Positions 23,100 through 36,561 of a stretch of DNA of 64,000 nucleotides are shown here, piece by piece. Below the pieces are notes generated by a model, which was given only the letters and a program-made list of their open reading frames with translations, was not told where the DNA came from and ran no database searches. The DNA comes from Bigelowiella natans CCMP2755 (lineage: Eukaryota > Protista > Cercozoa). Position numbers and translations under genes: made by a program. The stretch is from contig ADNK01000741.1 of the NCBI GenBank assembly GCA_000320545.1, positions 1-64,000 of the forward strand, written 5' to 3'. Numbering within the stretch: position 1 is the stretch's first letter; the number at the start of each line of letters is the position of its first letter.

Positions 23100-25151
23100 G
23101 ATCGTTGAGGTCCCTGCGGATCTAGCCCAGATTCGACACAACATGGTGACATGATGTCACATTGCATTGTTTCTTTCATGCAGAGTCAAGGGTGACATAG
23201 TGGAACAGTTGTCAGCATGCATGCTCATGGCGAGTTCTCAATTCATTGGTGGGGACGAAACATCGTGATGGAGATTTATCCGCACAGTTGACAGACCACT
23301 CATGCTAGCATGTGCGCGCATCACATCATGTGGCATCCCGCACTGGGGGAAGAAACTCTGCGGCTGCTCCATCGTCGATGTGCAATGGCGTGCAACTACA
23401 AGCAATGCAGACTCGATCAGCGTCGTCATTGCGCGTCACCACTAACGCATCCCATCTTGTGCGATCAATTTGGTGCGCTTGAACGCAACACAATTTGATG
23501 GAGAAAACTTTTGCCGACACTTTTCCCCTCTTGCATTTGACACGCTGAGCATGCTCAAAACTTTTGCCACTTTGCTCACAGAGATCCGCGCACTGCCATG
23601 CTGCGCTCGTGCGGAGAGAATCAGACGGCTAGACGGGTGTGTTTCCACACGATGTTTGTTCGATGCGCCATGCTGGCATGGGATGTGCGCACGGATGACA
23701 TCGCAAACAATTCTTGGTGACGTCAACTAGTCAAGGTGTCAAGGCAATGGTGACTGAGGTGGGAAAACACTTGTGTGCACTCACCACGCTCTTCACACAC
23801 CTAGCTAGCTAGCTTGCACATGCTTCCGTGCAAGCTAGCAAGGCGACCACTGGAGCGTTCTGCGAGTGTCATCGTGCTTCGAAACAAGCAAGTTTCTCCA
23901 TCTTTGAATCTGATCCACCCTCGGTGCGCATCCTCGACCGAACTCTGCAACCTCTGGTCGCACCGACGCACTGTCAGACTTGCCTGCAGTGGAAGCGTGC
24001 TTTCAGTGAGGACCCATTTTGCTTTGTGTCTGTCAGGCGGTGGCTGGCTAGCTGGGTGCCTGAGCAACGATGACTTCTGCGCGATGCATCACTGGCCATC
24101 TGGGCCACTTTTTGCAACGTCCAATGCAGGAACGCGCAGTGAGTGATCACGTGCTGAGTGGAAGCGATTGTCCCACCTGGCATGGCCACCTGTGCACCAC
24201 TCAAAGTGTGCATGACGCACACGGAACACAACCGTCATGACGCTCTTCCGTCCGTGATCACGCTGTCCCATGAGCGCAGACCAGCTTTCACAGGAGTTCA
24301 CTGTTGTTGTGTTTGTGCTTGAATCGGTGACAGCTTGCGAGAGTGCTCCAACCCCGTTCGATTGTTGGTTGGTCAAACAAAGAACGGAAAACTCCTCCAG
24401 GTTGCAGGCCTCCCTTGAGCGAGCGAACGAACGAAGGGCTTGGTCAACTTCACCATCATCAGGGTGATGATGACCATTGAAAAAACTTGACCCCTTCATT
24501 GCATCCGCCTCGTGCTTCACCATCGTCTCACCACGAGCTAGCGCGCCCAGAAACCTCATCGAAAGTGGCGTGCACTCAAACCTCACCTTCCAGCCTAGGA
24601 CAGCGGCGAGTTTTGCGCAGCGTGCTCATCACAGCCAGACCACGTTGTGGACAGTGGCCACTCGACCCGAAACGTGTGCAGACACGTGACAAAACGATGG
24701 AAGGACACGCTGACGACGCGTTCAAAACGCCAAGAGCAAACTGCAACAACTTCTGACAGGTGGCAATGTGGATCTCTGTGGACCACGGCATGACTGCAAA
24801 CACTGTCGACAACACACTCCAGGAAAGGCTCTGTTGCAAAACGTTGTCCAAAACCAGGCACCTGTGTCGAGACTGATCGTCTGGCACGTTGAACGTTTGC
24901 GTCGCAGAACAATGAACAATGAACAATGATGATGAACCACATTTCCAAAATGTTGCAAGACATTTGCAAAGTGCGAAACGCAGTGCCTCGAACTAGCTTT
25001 GGTGAGGACAAAGACCAGCAAACTGGCAGGTCAGTTTTGTGAATTGGGATGATCTAGCCACATGTCATGAAGCAGAGTTGCTCTTTGAATGCAGTTCGGG
25101 TGAAATTTGGAGAAATGGAAAGCGAGTTCATCATGCGAAAAACATGTTTTT
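23100..25151. mobile_element. Degenerate repeat/TE relic; TpA-depleted island 1
   Basis: In 23445-25151 all 11 TA dinucleotides found are in CTAG. The segment 24907-25055 is homologous (inverted) to ~42970-43125. Confidence 0.75.
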
Positions 25152-25400
25152 TATGCATATCTCCTCGAGATCATACGGTGCGACTCGTCATATGTGGTTG
25201 TCGCAGTAGACATTTCATTCACCGCACCGCGAAATATTAATTAACGATGTGGCACGTGCTTGAATGGCTTCCAATCCGTTGACCCGAGGAGTAACCCTCG
25301 CATCCAGGGCTCCATGGCACAGTAAATGAGACATTGCGCTGCGATTGAACAGCATCGATGGAGATTAGTAGTGATAAGGACAAGGGAACTAAACGCCAAG

Positions 25401-27203
25401 ATGCTGGTAGTCCTTGTACCAGTCCTGAGCCTTCTGCTCTTCATTGTGGCCAGGGCCGGTCAGCGGCTAACCTCTTCACCCGGTAATGAACGACACTTTT
25501 GCTATAAAACAAGGGAAATAATGATTGTTCCATTGATTTCACCAAAGAATCGGTGCAACTTACATTCGGCTCCACGCCATCTATTTAGGTGTCCATGATT
25601 CAACTTCAAATTCCCTGTCCCTCGACACGAGATCGACCCGAAAGGACTGCTGGAGGCTATATAATCTCATTCGAAGGGATTCTCAGATACACCTTGATAA
25701 TGCCGATGGAGCTAAAATTATACAGGACACCTCGGTATAGTGAAAATAACAATTTGAAACCAATTTCAGTCATCTGCAGAAGCATTGCGGGAATACCTCA
25801 AGTTCATTCACTGGGGGAAATCTAACCATTTTCTGTTTTGATAGGGATGGGAACAGGTTTTAATGAACCCTATTGTGGTATTGAACGCAACATCCCGGTT
25901 GGGGACTTCATCATTATTGTGCAGCAATTGCACCCTGGACAAAGGGTTGCCGTCGAGGGCTTACCTGCATTACACTCTACTCAGAATATACACGCAGGTC
26001 GCTTGGTCCCTCAATATGTATACGTTTGTCAATCTTTATTCTCAGATTTTCTTTGTTATATTTACATTGTCGTTCTTTCGTTGCTGTGTAGTTGAAGGAA
26101 GTCATTCGAACGTCACGTGTTGCGTCAAATTCGGCTTGCATTCAGTCTGAGGGCTGCGACGACCCATTACAAAAATTGCTGAAAACTGACGACTTTGCAT
26201 CCAAAAGCCTACATCCAAAAATATCTCCTCAAATGAAGGCCTTGGCGATCTCTATAGCGCAATTTCTCCTTAATAAATCAACTGCTATTCCTTCCCCAGA
26301 ATTTGCAGGAAAGGAAGAGAAAATAGCTCACCACCAAGAATTAGTACATCCTGTCTCGACTTGGAGTGAACCGTTGATTAGCAAAGAGGAGGAGGAGGAG
26401 AAGAAGAAGAAGAAGAAGAAGGCTAGTGATAGACTCAATAGTGCCCTGTTTATTCCCGGTGACAATACTTTGAAGTTTGACCCTGCTGCATCATCACATC
26501 CATCCAAACTATTCCAAGTCCAGGGACGAATAGCCAAAATCAAACCACCACCTTTACCACTGCCCGCATCTATATTAACCGATGCAATGACCAAGGATTG
26601 TGACAATGGTGATAAGGCTCCTATAAGTTTGTCGCCCTCATTGGACAAAACTAATGATGTGCATACCCGTTCCCCGAGCTGCTCTCCTTCAGCCCCCCCC
26701 CCTCCCTCCCTTCCTGATTCATCAACTCCCTCTTCATTTGGCCACAACTCTAGCAATAGCAATAATAGTGCTGGTTCTATTTCATGGTATAAATGGGCTC
26801 TCGAAGATTGGATTAAGAGCAATAACTATTTTACGAACTTCACTGCAACGTTAAGAAATGCATTTCGCATGAAAGAAATGAGGAGGCAAAAACGAGAGTT
26901 TCCTGTCGAAGAAGAGCAAGAGGGTGGTGAATACCGAAGCCCTGTGGTAGATAAACCCCGAGCACCGAGAATGGATTCAGATTCAGCACACATTTCAGAA
27001 AATAGTGCACCACAAATAAAAAATGGAATGACGGAAATAGAAGGGGCACAGAAAGGTAGCATGCGCCGATAATAAATTTGTTAGAAGTAATGAGGAGGGT
27101 TTTTTCGAAGCTTAGAGAATCGTCAGATTCAAACAATATGATAGGTTCTTGTAAAAGATACAGCGTCCGACCTTGAAAATCTGATCTAGCACGAGCGCGT
27201 GCG

Positions 27204-27241
<38 letters not shown>

Positions 27242-29651
27242 CAAGCGCTCAACTTTGCCAATATCTCTCCTATTTTCGCAGAAGGTATTAATTCATCGTC
27301 GTTTCGGGAGATGGCAATTGAGGATCAGGATGGCGAAAATCTCACCGACACTCCAACGTAAACTAATTCTTCTTTATCATATCCCATTTGTCTGAGCAGA
27401 AGTGGTGCTTCATGTAATATGTGTTTCAGTCGAAGAAGTAGAAGAAGAAGAGAGGGAAAGCGACAGGAGCAAGGTAGGATTATCAATCGTCTTGACCACC
27501 ATGCAGGAGTAGAAACAGCTCACTCACAATTATAATATTCTTCTTTTTTATTCTGTTTATTCTTTTCCTGCTCTGCTTCCTCCTCCCCTCCGTTGAAGTC
27601 CTGGCAGTCTTGCTGAACGATTCGTTGCATGGGCTGGTGCGACATTTTCGTGACAAAAACAACTCCAACGTGACCATGATAGCACAATCTCCAGTTGATC
27701 CCCTGTTTGTTCAGCATGGGGGGGAGGGAGGCTCAGGAGGAGGAAACCACTTCGTTCATCTGCAAAATGTCCCCTCGTGTACCTTGCAGAACTTTGGGTT
27801 TGTCGAAACCTCCAAAACGAATGGATGGGACATTCAAGAAGGTAGAAGTAGTAGTAGAAATAGTCGTAATAATACTAATAGGCTAATGCTGGCGTGGCTA
27901 TATGTTTGTCTGCGTCTCCTCCGCCCGTCGATCAAATCAAGTGCTACTGCAACAATAACAAAGGAGCAAAACAGTCTTGAGCAGTGTTGTCATGCAAAAT
28001 CGCACCATCGTGCCATCAGCTATGTTTTGATTCCACCACTTCCCATTCCTCCCTTCTCCTGACTGTTTCGCCGGTTGGCTATTGCTCAGATCATGAAGAA
28101 GTTGCCATAAATGCAAGCCAAATCTACCTTGAGGGCGAGCTACTGACCGCCGATCCTATTCGAGACCTTTCCCAGTTATGCGAGCATATACTAAGCAGGA
28201 ACATTTACGAAGTAACAGCAGCCCTGCAAGTGCTTGCCACTCATTTTATGAAACCAGCTTCTGCCATACTTTATGCATCATACCCAGGTACCAATAGGAG
28301 TAGTAGTAGTAGTAGTATCTAGCTGTGCTAAAACGTTTTTCTCATCATTACTGAATGGGGGTAAACTAATAGTACAGGATCAATGTGTGATTATGATGAT
28401 GAGAGAACAAAGCAGGTGTAGTATGAAATATTCTTCTCTTAACAGCCCAAATATTTATTAGGTCTAGCACATGAGCTTCTGGGCTTGCTGGATTTCACCG
28501 CCCTCAGGCTAAAGCCACTGCGAAAATCCTTCGAAACTATGACATCTCCCAAAACGATGACGACGATGGACGAGGGATTAGAGGGAGGAGGAAACACTTC
28601 AGCCGAGGCTGCGGCATACGACGCTGCGATTGCATCATTGAGCAGCTTGTTTGTAACATTTGCATCCGAGCTCTATTTGGTACATGCGTTGGCACACCCA
28701 CCTTGGATCTCTTCTATCGCCTGGAGAAGGAGTACCAGCCAGCTCACGGCAGCGGCAGGGCATCATCCTCAGGAGAATACTACTACTACAACTGCTACTA
28801 CTACTGCGTGGTGCCCCAAGTTCTTACATATCGATTCTGCTGGTGGGTGCTGCCTGCAGCGAACGAACAAACAATATATGATGATGTCGCGTTTGTGCTG
28901 CTGTTGATATCCGCGCCATGGTGTCTATTCTGAACTTCGCCGCCTCTTACAGAGGGAAGGTTTCTCGATGAAATTATGTGTCACCCTGTTGTTCTTTAAA
29001 CACACCTCAAATCAGAGTAGTTTGGTAAAGCGTCCCCATGTATTGTTTGAAGACTATCACCACACAAATTATACTACTTTGAATTATTACCTAAGAAGAT
29101 TGCACTCACCTCTCTTTTGCTTATTGTTGTACGTACTAACTTAAGGGGTTCAAGTGCTTCGCTTGCTTGACCACTCCAGACATCTTCTTAATGAAGCAGT
29201 GAGAAACGAGATGAACAAATCCATGACACCATTTCGCGCATACAACAGAGTTTACAGTAGCCCTATTAAAGGTGGTTGCAGTAGGACTAGCAGCAAGAAA
29301 GTGCTTCGCAATCGTCAAGCGCAAAGGGGGTCCAAAACAGCAATAGTAGCTGCCAAGGCAGTATTAGGAGCGATAGGAAGAAAAGGAAGAAGAGGGGAGG
29401 GAGGAGGCGGAGAGGAAGTACGGACAATAACAACAAAAGGTGGTGGCAGCAGCAGCAGCAGCAGCTGTAGATCAGCAGCAGCTAAGTCAATACCCAAGTT
29501 GTCGAATTTAACTTCATCAGTAGCATCAACAGTAGCAAGAACAGCAGGAGAGGGAGGTGCTACGAGTACTAGTAGGGAAGGACCAGACACTGGACTGTGG
29601 CTCCGAAGCATCGATCGTATGCTAGAAGCCTACGTGCAGCACCACAAGATT

Positions 29652-29690
<39 letters not shown>

Positions 29691-29713
29691 GATTCCAAAA
29701 TACCCAATAGTCC

Positions 29714-29747
<34 letters not shown>

Positions 29748-31361
29748 TACAATATTCATCTCCCTGCCCTCTCGACAATCTTGCTCGACAACATGCCGAA
29801 GTACACATCCTGCGACTCCTTCAAGTGGATCCTTGACCAAAGTATGGTGGTAGTAGTGGTTTTCATAGTAGTCGTCGTACATGATTGTCGTAACGGTTGA
29901 GGAGGAGGAGGAGGGAGGAGATATTAATTTTCTGCGAGAGCGAAAGACTTTACTTTATTTTCTGATATAATAACGGACGGCGACAACACCGCTGGTATTT
30001 TATATCCTACAGGCTCATCGTGTCTCAAACGACTCGTGGTTTTCGCTGAAAGCCATCCCTCATGCTTGGACAATCTTGCGAAGCGATATAATGGTAACTA
30101 TCTTGTCACACTCCAGCACGTCGCTAGCCTCTTTCGACACAATACACGTATAGTACACTTGCATACGGCCTGCTGAGAATAAATGGGTGGGGCACAATAG
30201 AAATAAGGCCGCTGCATTAACCAGATAACATCCATGAGGGCTGATCTCTTCTTCCTTCTTTTTCTTCTTTTTCTTTCATTTGTCATTTACCTTTGTTGCT
30301 ATTATTATTTAATATTATTATTATTATTATTCAGGTGTCTACCAATACCTTGTCGTCTCGATTCACGACCTGAGCACCCTATTCCTTCATCGTATCCCTG
30401 ATGTTCTTGCACACTGCTCCGAATTGTGGAAAGAAGCGGGTTTGGTGGAGAAATACCAAAGGTGGTGGAACTAAAAGGCATATGTAAAGGCGTGATAATA
30501 GTAGTAGTGTGATTTGTTTGGTTCTCTCCTTCTGTTTCGCAGATTAAAGCATCAGATTCATTTGCTTCGAATCATGGCTGATCATGGTTATAACGATGAG
30601 CTGACGAAGTCATGGGATTTGTTTGCTACGCTGTTACCCGTTGCGATATGCGCAAGCGACAATGACTGCTTGGTGGAGGACAATTTGCAGGATGACGCCT
30701 TAGAAATTGTAAACATTCTTCACCCCCCTCCACATTTTTTTGGTGTATGGTGTTTATGACCATATTTGTCTCTAGCAGTGGTTAGAGAGTCGTCATCATT
30801 ATTATCATGATCAGCATCGTCGTTGTCGTCGTCATTGTAATTGCCATTATTATCATCATCATCATCAACAACAACAACAACAACCTCGTCATTGGATATC
30901 ATCATCAATGTCTCTGCCACCGCCATCAGGTCAAGAGCACCCTTTCGCACCATCTTTCGAGTCATTCAGCTGATTCAAGAGGCCATGTAGTCACCATAGC
31001 TGCTACTTTAATGGCAAAAGCTGATGATCCTGCAGATCGAATTCATTCTAACGGTACTGTTGGTGTTGAAAGCGGCGAAGAACCGCTTGAAGCTGTTGAA
31101 GTGACTTCAAATCCTTCTTTTACCTCTGTCGACAAAGGGAGAACAGTGCGCAAAGAGAATAATAATAATAAGAATAACAATGAAAATAATAGGGCGTGGT
31201 TTTGGTTGGACCCTCGATTAGAAGCTGGGCTGGATATACTGCATAAGGCCCTAGGTTTGTTGCAGCACGCCAACAACAACAACTTATACCTCTTATCGTT
31301 CTCCTACTCTCTTATTCATCTTTCAATGTTGTTCTCCACCACCATTCCATGTGTATTGATG

Positions 31362-31405
<44 letters not shown>

Positions 31406-34327
31406 GTAGCAGTAGCATCGAAGCGGACCATGTGTCCTTTATTCTGGACGACTCTAAAAACAGCAGCAGCAGCCTTATGACCATCGTTCTAGAGCGGACA
31501 TCTGCCGTGATCGATAGACTTCTACCGGAGAGCTCACTGGCGAGAACTGCAAACAGTGTGTACACTGCGTTGTGCGACAGCAAGTCTAGGCGGATGTCGC
31601 GCATTGAGGGGCTTCTCTTATCCCTGCACACTCTGGAGGAAAAGCATGAGAAAGCAATTCGACGGAGAAACGCATCTGCGTCCATTCACGATCAGCCTAT
31701 GGTAGTGGTAGTAGTAGTAGCAGCAGCAGCAGCAACAACAATAACAACAACACTGGGTTTCGAGTGCCAGTAGTGCCTCATCATCATACTGATGACCGAG
31801 AGGGGGGGGAGGGACAGCAAGAGGCCTATAAGCATACCACAACATCAGTGCTACTTACTGCTGCACACTACTAACAACAATCATTATTGTTAGGTTTTCG
31901 CGGTACCCACACCGTATCCTACCCCCCTCCCCACATCGCCTACACCAAAACCGACGCCAAAGCCGACACCGGAGCCAACACCGATGCCGACTACTCCCAT
32001 GCCGACGCCCATGCCAACACCCATGCCGACAGCACGGCCAACCCGTACAAATAATAATAACACAATTATGACTAATCAGCAGCCTAAATCATCTCGAAGC
32101 TATCTATCCGCTATGATAATGATCTTGTCCTCCTTTGCCGTTTTACTACATAATAATAAATAGGTAACCCCACGCCCAGGCCTACGCGATTACCCACCAC
32201 CACACCAAAACCAACACCAAAACCAACACCATATCCCACACCTCAACCCACCCATCGGACTACATCAAATCCTACAACGTCAGCATCGTCGTCATCATCA
32301 CTCACTAATGGTGCATCTGGCCGTGCTGCAGATGAACTCACAATAATTCCACCATCTGCAGCTTCAGCTTCAAATCATCCCGCAGTAGTTAATACTACTA
32401 CGCACTCTACCAGAATACCAGGCGGCCAGCAACAGGATTTTGGGGGGGGCACTGCATTCGCCGATGACAAAAATGGCGTTACGAGTAATAAACATAATTT
32501 CGGGGCACAGTTTGGTGATCATGATGATTACATGAATGACGCCGACGATGACGATGAATACGGATTACATCGTCGGATCGGAGATCGAGCGGGTGGAGAG
32601 AATGAAGAAGGAGGAGGAGAAGGAGGGAGAAGAAAGAGGGGGCCGTTTGACAACGAAGATCCTTTCGACGATCGCCCTCCACATGGCCGTCATCAAACCT
32701 TTCAGCCCTTCCAAAATGTAATACACATTGACTGAGCTGTGATGTACATCAATTTACTCTTCTACACCCTTCTTTCTGATTGCTCTCCCCTCCTTCCTAC
32801 TACAGCAGCAAAAGCACCAAGATTTTCCTCCCTGTGAGAAGAGACGGTACCAATAAGTATTGCCAGTAATTGACACCACTATGCTGGGAAAATTAGAGTT
32901 GCGCCAAGTGCTGATAATAATGTTATCATTCTTCTTCTTCTTCTTCTTCTCCCTGTCTTCTCACAAACAGCAGTAGTCGAGTGCTCCCTGGTGCTAGTAC
33001 CAGTGCTGCTGGAATCGTGGTAGGCAGCACCAACTCACAGCTAGTACCACCTGTTGCTACCACAACTACAACTACTACTACTACTACTACAACCTCGGGC
33101 CTACTACCATCATTCACCTGGCCGTCGGGTTCGTTGGAGTCCCATGCTTCTCTGGCTGCTGCAAGACTCCGTGCAAAGAGATATGGTATAGTAGATGCTG
33201 CTACCACCAAATCCACCAAAGCTGCAACCGTTCCATCGATAGTGACTGCTACGTCTTCGGCCGTGCCCAAGGTAATATCTGAGATTGACAAAAAAATAGC
33301 GATCCAACTCCTTTCCTTACTCTGCAAGTGAGTGTTGGGTTTCACCCACTTCTCCGATCTCTTCCCCTTCCTTGTCACTCCTCTTTTTCAGTTTATTTTA
33401 CTTTCCAACTGACACAAGCATTTTCTGTTTCCGGCAGCAGCAGCAACAGCGACAACGAGGTAAAGAAGATCTAAACAGCAAATTTAGAGGTAGTAGTAAG
33501 AACTTCTGGGACGGAGCAAGAGCTGCTACAGGATCATCGGGGGTATCACAGATCCTCGATGACGAAAGAGGGGACACTAACGTAGATTCTGACCAACATT
33601 CTCGCCGGCCACCAAGCGCTTTACGACGTAGAATCGTCTCGGGATTGCGAGTAAGCAGCTACAACCGACAGCAGCTGCCATATCATCAGCAGCAGCAGCA
33701 TCATAAAAGTCGGTTAGCGTACCCATACACTGCTGGTGAGTAGTAGCAGTGGTAGTAGTAGTAGTAGTAGTAGTTGTTGTTGTTGTTGTTGTTGCTGTTG
33801 TCGTGATAATAGAGGAAATGTAATCTGTACAGAATGTATCAGAGTCTATTTCTGCAAAGATGCTGATGCATAGTTTTTCCCTAGTTTCTAGGATTTACAT
33901 CTCCATCATCCCCTCCCCCACGCCTCTCACCGATTTCAAAAGCATACTGCTGCTCCCTAGATATTTATTTCACTTCTTTCTTTTCTTCTACATATAACCA
34001 AACACAGCTTTGACGCCTCCCTCCGAAGGAGAAGACTCTCAACATTTCCAGCAGCAGCACCACCCTTTCAACAACAACAACAACAACAACAACAAAAAGC
34101 ATCATTCTCGCCACGCTTCGACACCACTACATCAGCACCACCACCACCGGCATCGCCTTCCCTATCATCATCATCATCATCATCACAGCGTAGTAGCAAC
34201 AGGCATGCATGTGACATTTGAACCCGTGAGCAGCCTCCCTGTTTTGCATACCATTCATCACCGAAAGCATGACCAGGCACCAGAATATATTCGGTGGCAG
34301 ACACACAAAACCGCCATCACGACTTAA
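25401..34327 (+). CDS. Large multi-exon orphan protein with signal peptide and mucin-like Pro/Thr repeat (may be more than one gene)
   Basis: ATG at 25401 gives the hydrophobic leader MLVVLVPVLSLLLFIVARA. Long open exons at ~26092-27057, 28461-28910, 29150-29840 and 31406-31700, several with AG/GT borders. PT-repeat exons at 31893-32045 and 32164-32480. No recognisable domain. Confidence 0.5.
31903..32260 (+). repeat. Coding Pro-Thr tandem repeat (PTPKPTPKPTPEPTPMPT...) split by an intron
   Basis: Repeated CCNACN codons in two adjacent exons. Confidence 0.7.
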
Positions 34328-34720
34328 AAGATTTTAAATACTTGGAATACACACACACACACACACACGCACGCACGCACCGCATGGATACACAAGTAAC
34401 ACTATCATCGGCATATGGGTATTGGGTTTTGTGGAAATTCTTTACCCTATGAAGTGCAAATGCTAGTCGTTCGGGTTGAATTGTTGTTGTTGTTGTTATT
34501 ATTAGTGCTATTGTATTCGTCGTCTCAACCTTTTGTGTCTGCTACTAGGTGTTTGCTAGGAGTCTTCAACACCACATATTTGGTAGAATCCATATTCTCT
34601 TTTTGTCTTTTCTCTATTTTCCCTTTCGTTCGTCTGTGTGAATTTATTCATATGTTTTGTGTTGGTGTTAAGAGTACTGATTGATACCGTTGTTTCTGGT
34701 CCATCGTTTGGTGCCTTCAG

Positions 34721-36523
34721 GACGATGACACCAGCATCAAATTGAGAGACAACGCGCTGAAGGAAATCGCAAATGTGCAGCTTTCACATCATAAACATTG
34801 CATGTCTCTGCATGAATGTATATGGAATAGAGATACTGTTCTTTTTTAACATACACAATTGAGCGTGCTTGGGAGAGCGCTCAGGAATGAGAAGTTGGAT
34901 GATGTTGTAAACTTTCACGGCAGTGATCTTCTGCTACCTCGTCCTCTTTCATCCTTCCATGATAGCTGATGAATGATCATCCTGTTATCGTAGATGAATG
35001 AGCATCGATATGGATGGCTAGCTAAAGAATTGTGGCAGAGCAACCCAAATTTTATCGGCTATTTGGAACAGCAGGTTAGTTAGTTAGTTAGTTAGCTAGT
35101 TAGTTGTTAGGTTTGTTGCTGCCCGTCTGCTGCTTAAATGAATGGATGGTAGAATACTGAAGAAAAGAGGAAGTTGTACGCTATTTGAGCGGCGGCGTAA
35201 GTTTGTCGTAATAGTGCTCACACGACTTTCCTACTAATCCCATGGTTAATCTATCTCGGACAATTGTATATATTCGTGCTGACTGATCATAAATCAGATT
35301 CTTAAGGTTTCTATGCTGGATGGGAGTGAGGACAGTACATGGAGCTTGATGCCTACCGATCATATGCGCCGACAGCAGCAGTTGCAGCAGCCATTCCAGA
35401 CAAATAATAATGACATAATAAGCAGCAAGGGTGGGAAAGATTTCAATAATCATCCTCAACATCATCACGATGAGCTATTCGCCCGGACGTCTCATCGTGT
35501 CTGCAATGCTCTTACTATTTTTAAGGTAAGCAATGCGCTTGCTACCATCATGAGGATATCTTTTGCATTTGTTTCATTTGTTACAATAATTGTCTTTCGT
35601 TTCTCTCCACTTCTGGTGTGATCTTCCCTGCCCCCCCCCCCCCCCCACCCAACAACCTCAGATGCTGGCGACCTGTCCGGACATTAAAAAACACTTCAAC
35701 GAGAGTAAGAAGAAAAAGAAAAAATAGAAAAAGGGGAAAAAAAGAGATGTTAAGTTGGGGAGGGTGTCACCATCATTACCTTACTTAGTCGTGGTTGCCA
35801 TTATTTCCTTTGCAATCATCCTATCCCCCCTCCTTCTTTCCTCAAAAAAGAGCGCATAGTGGCCTGCACGAGACCGATTTTGATGGCTCCAAAAACGCTG
35901 GTAATAGTCCATAACCTAAAGGGAGGAAAAGGGCTAGATATGAGTATTCTAGGCTACTTCTGCTGGAAGATACCAATCACCATCCCCTCCTCCTTAAAAT
36001 AATAATATACAGAATTTCTGGAGTATGAAATTATCAGCTTTGGTCCTTATCGGCACGGTTCTTCGTCATTCAGATCCGGTGGAATAAACATTGATACTAG
36101 TTACATGTGAAGTGTTTTTATTGACCTTCGACTAGCCATTTTAGAGGGATTTCTTCTTCTTCTTCTTCTTCTTCATGTGGTTGCTCTCTTACGACGCCTT
36201 TCCTGCTACTACTTTGATATTTTAAATAATCTCACTCATCACTATTCACGATGGCATTTGAAAGAATTTCAGTCAGAGCAGTATTCCTCTTAAGGGAAAC
36301 AGCTGTAACTCATGATGTATCCCTCTCCCGCCCCCCCTCTCATAGGAGGACACCTACTTTCTCTTCACTGGGATAGCCAATTTCGTCCCTTTGATATTGG
36401 ATCATATCAGCACGCATGGTTGCTCCCTCTCCCTCCCTTAGCTGCGACGAGCGATTTCAACTCTTCTTGCACCAACATAAGATTCAAATACAGCAGCCTG
36501 ACAGAAAAGAATATATGTATATA

Positions 36524-36561
<38 letters not shown>

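Noticed and set aside
23238-25021. Many overlapping ORFs on both strands in islands 1-3 as real genes
   Set aside because: TA loss removes TAA and most TAG stops, so frames open artificially. The products are almost devoid of Tyr and have no recognisable motifs.
36419-36441. 23-nt nucleomorph-sized intron in the CNOT9-like gene
   Set aside because: A single longer intron from 36419 to ~36628 keeps the phase and fits CNOT9 spacing better.
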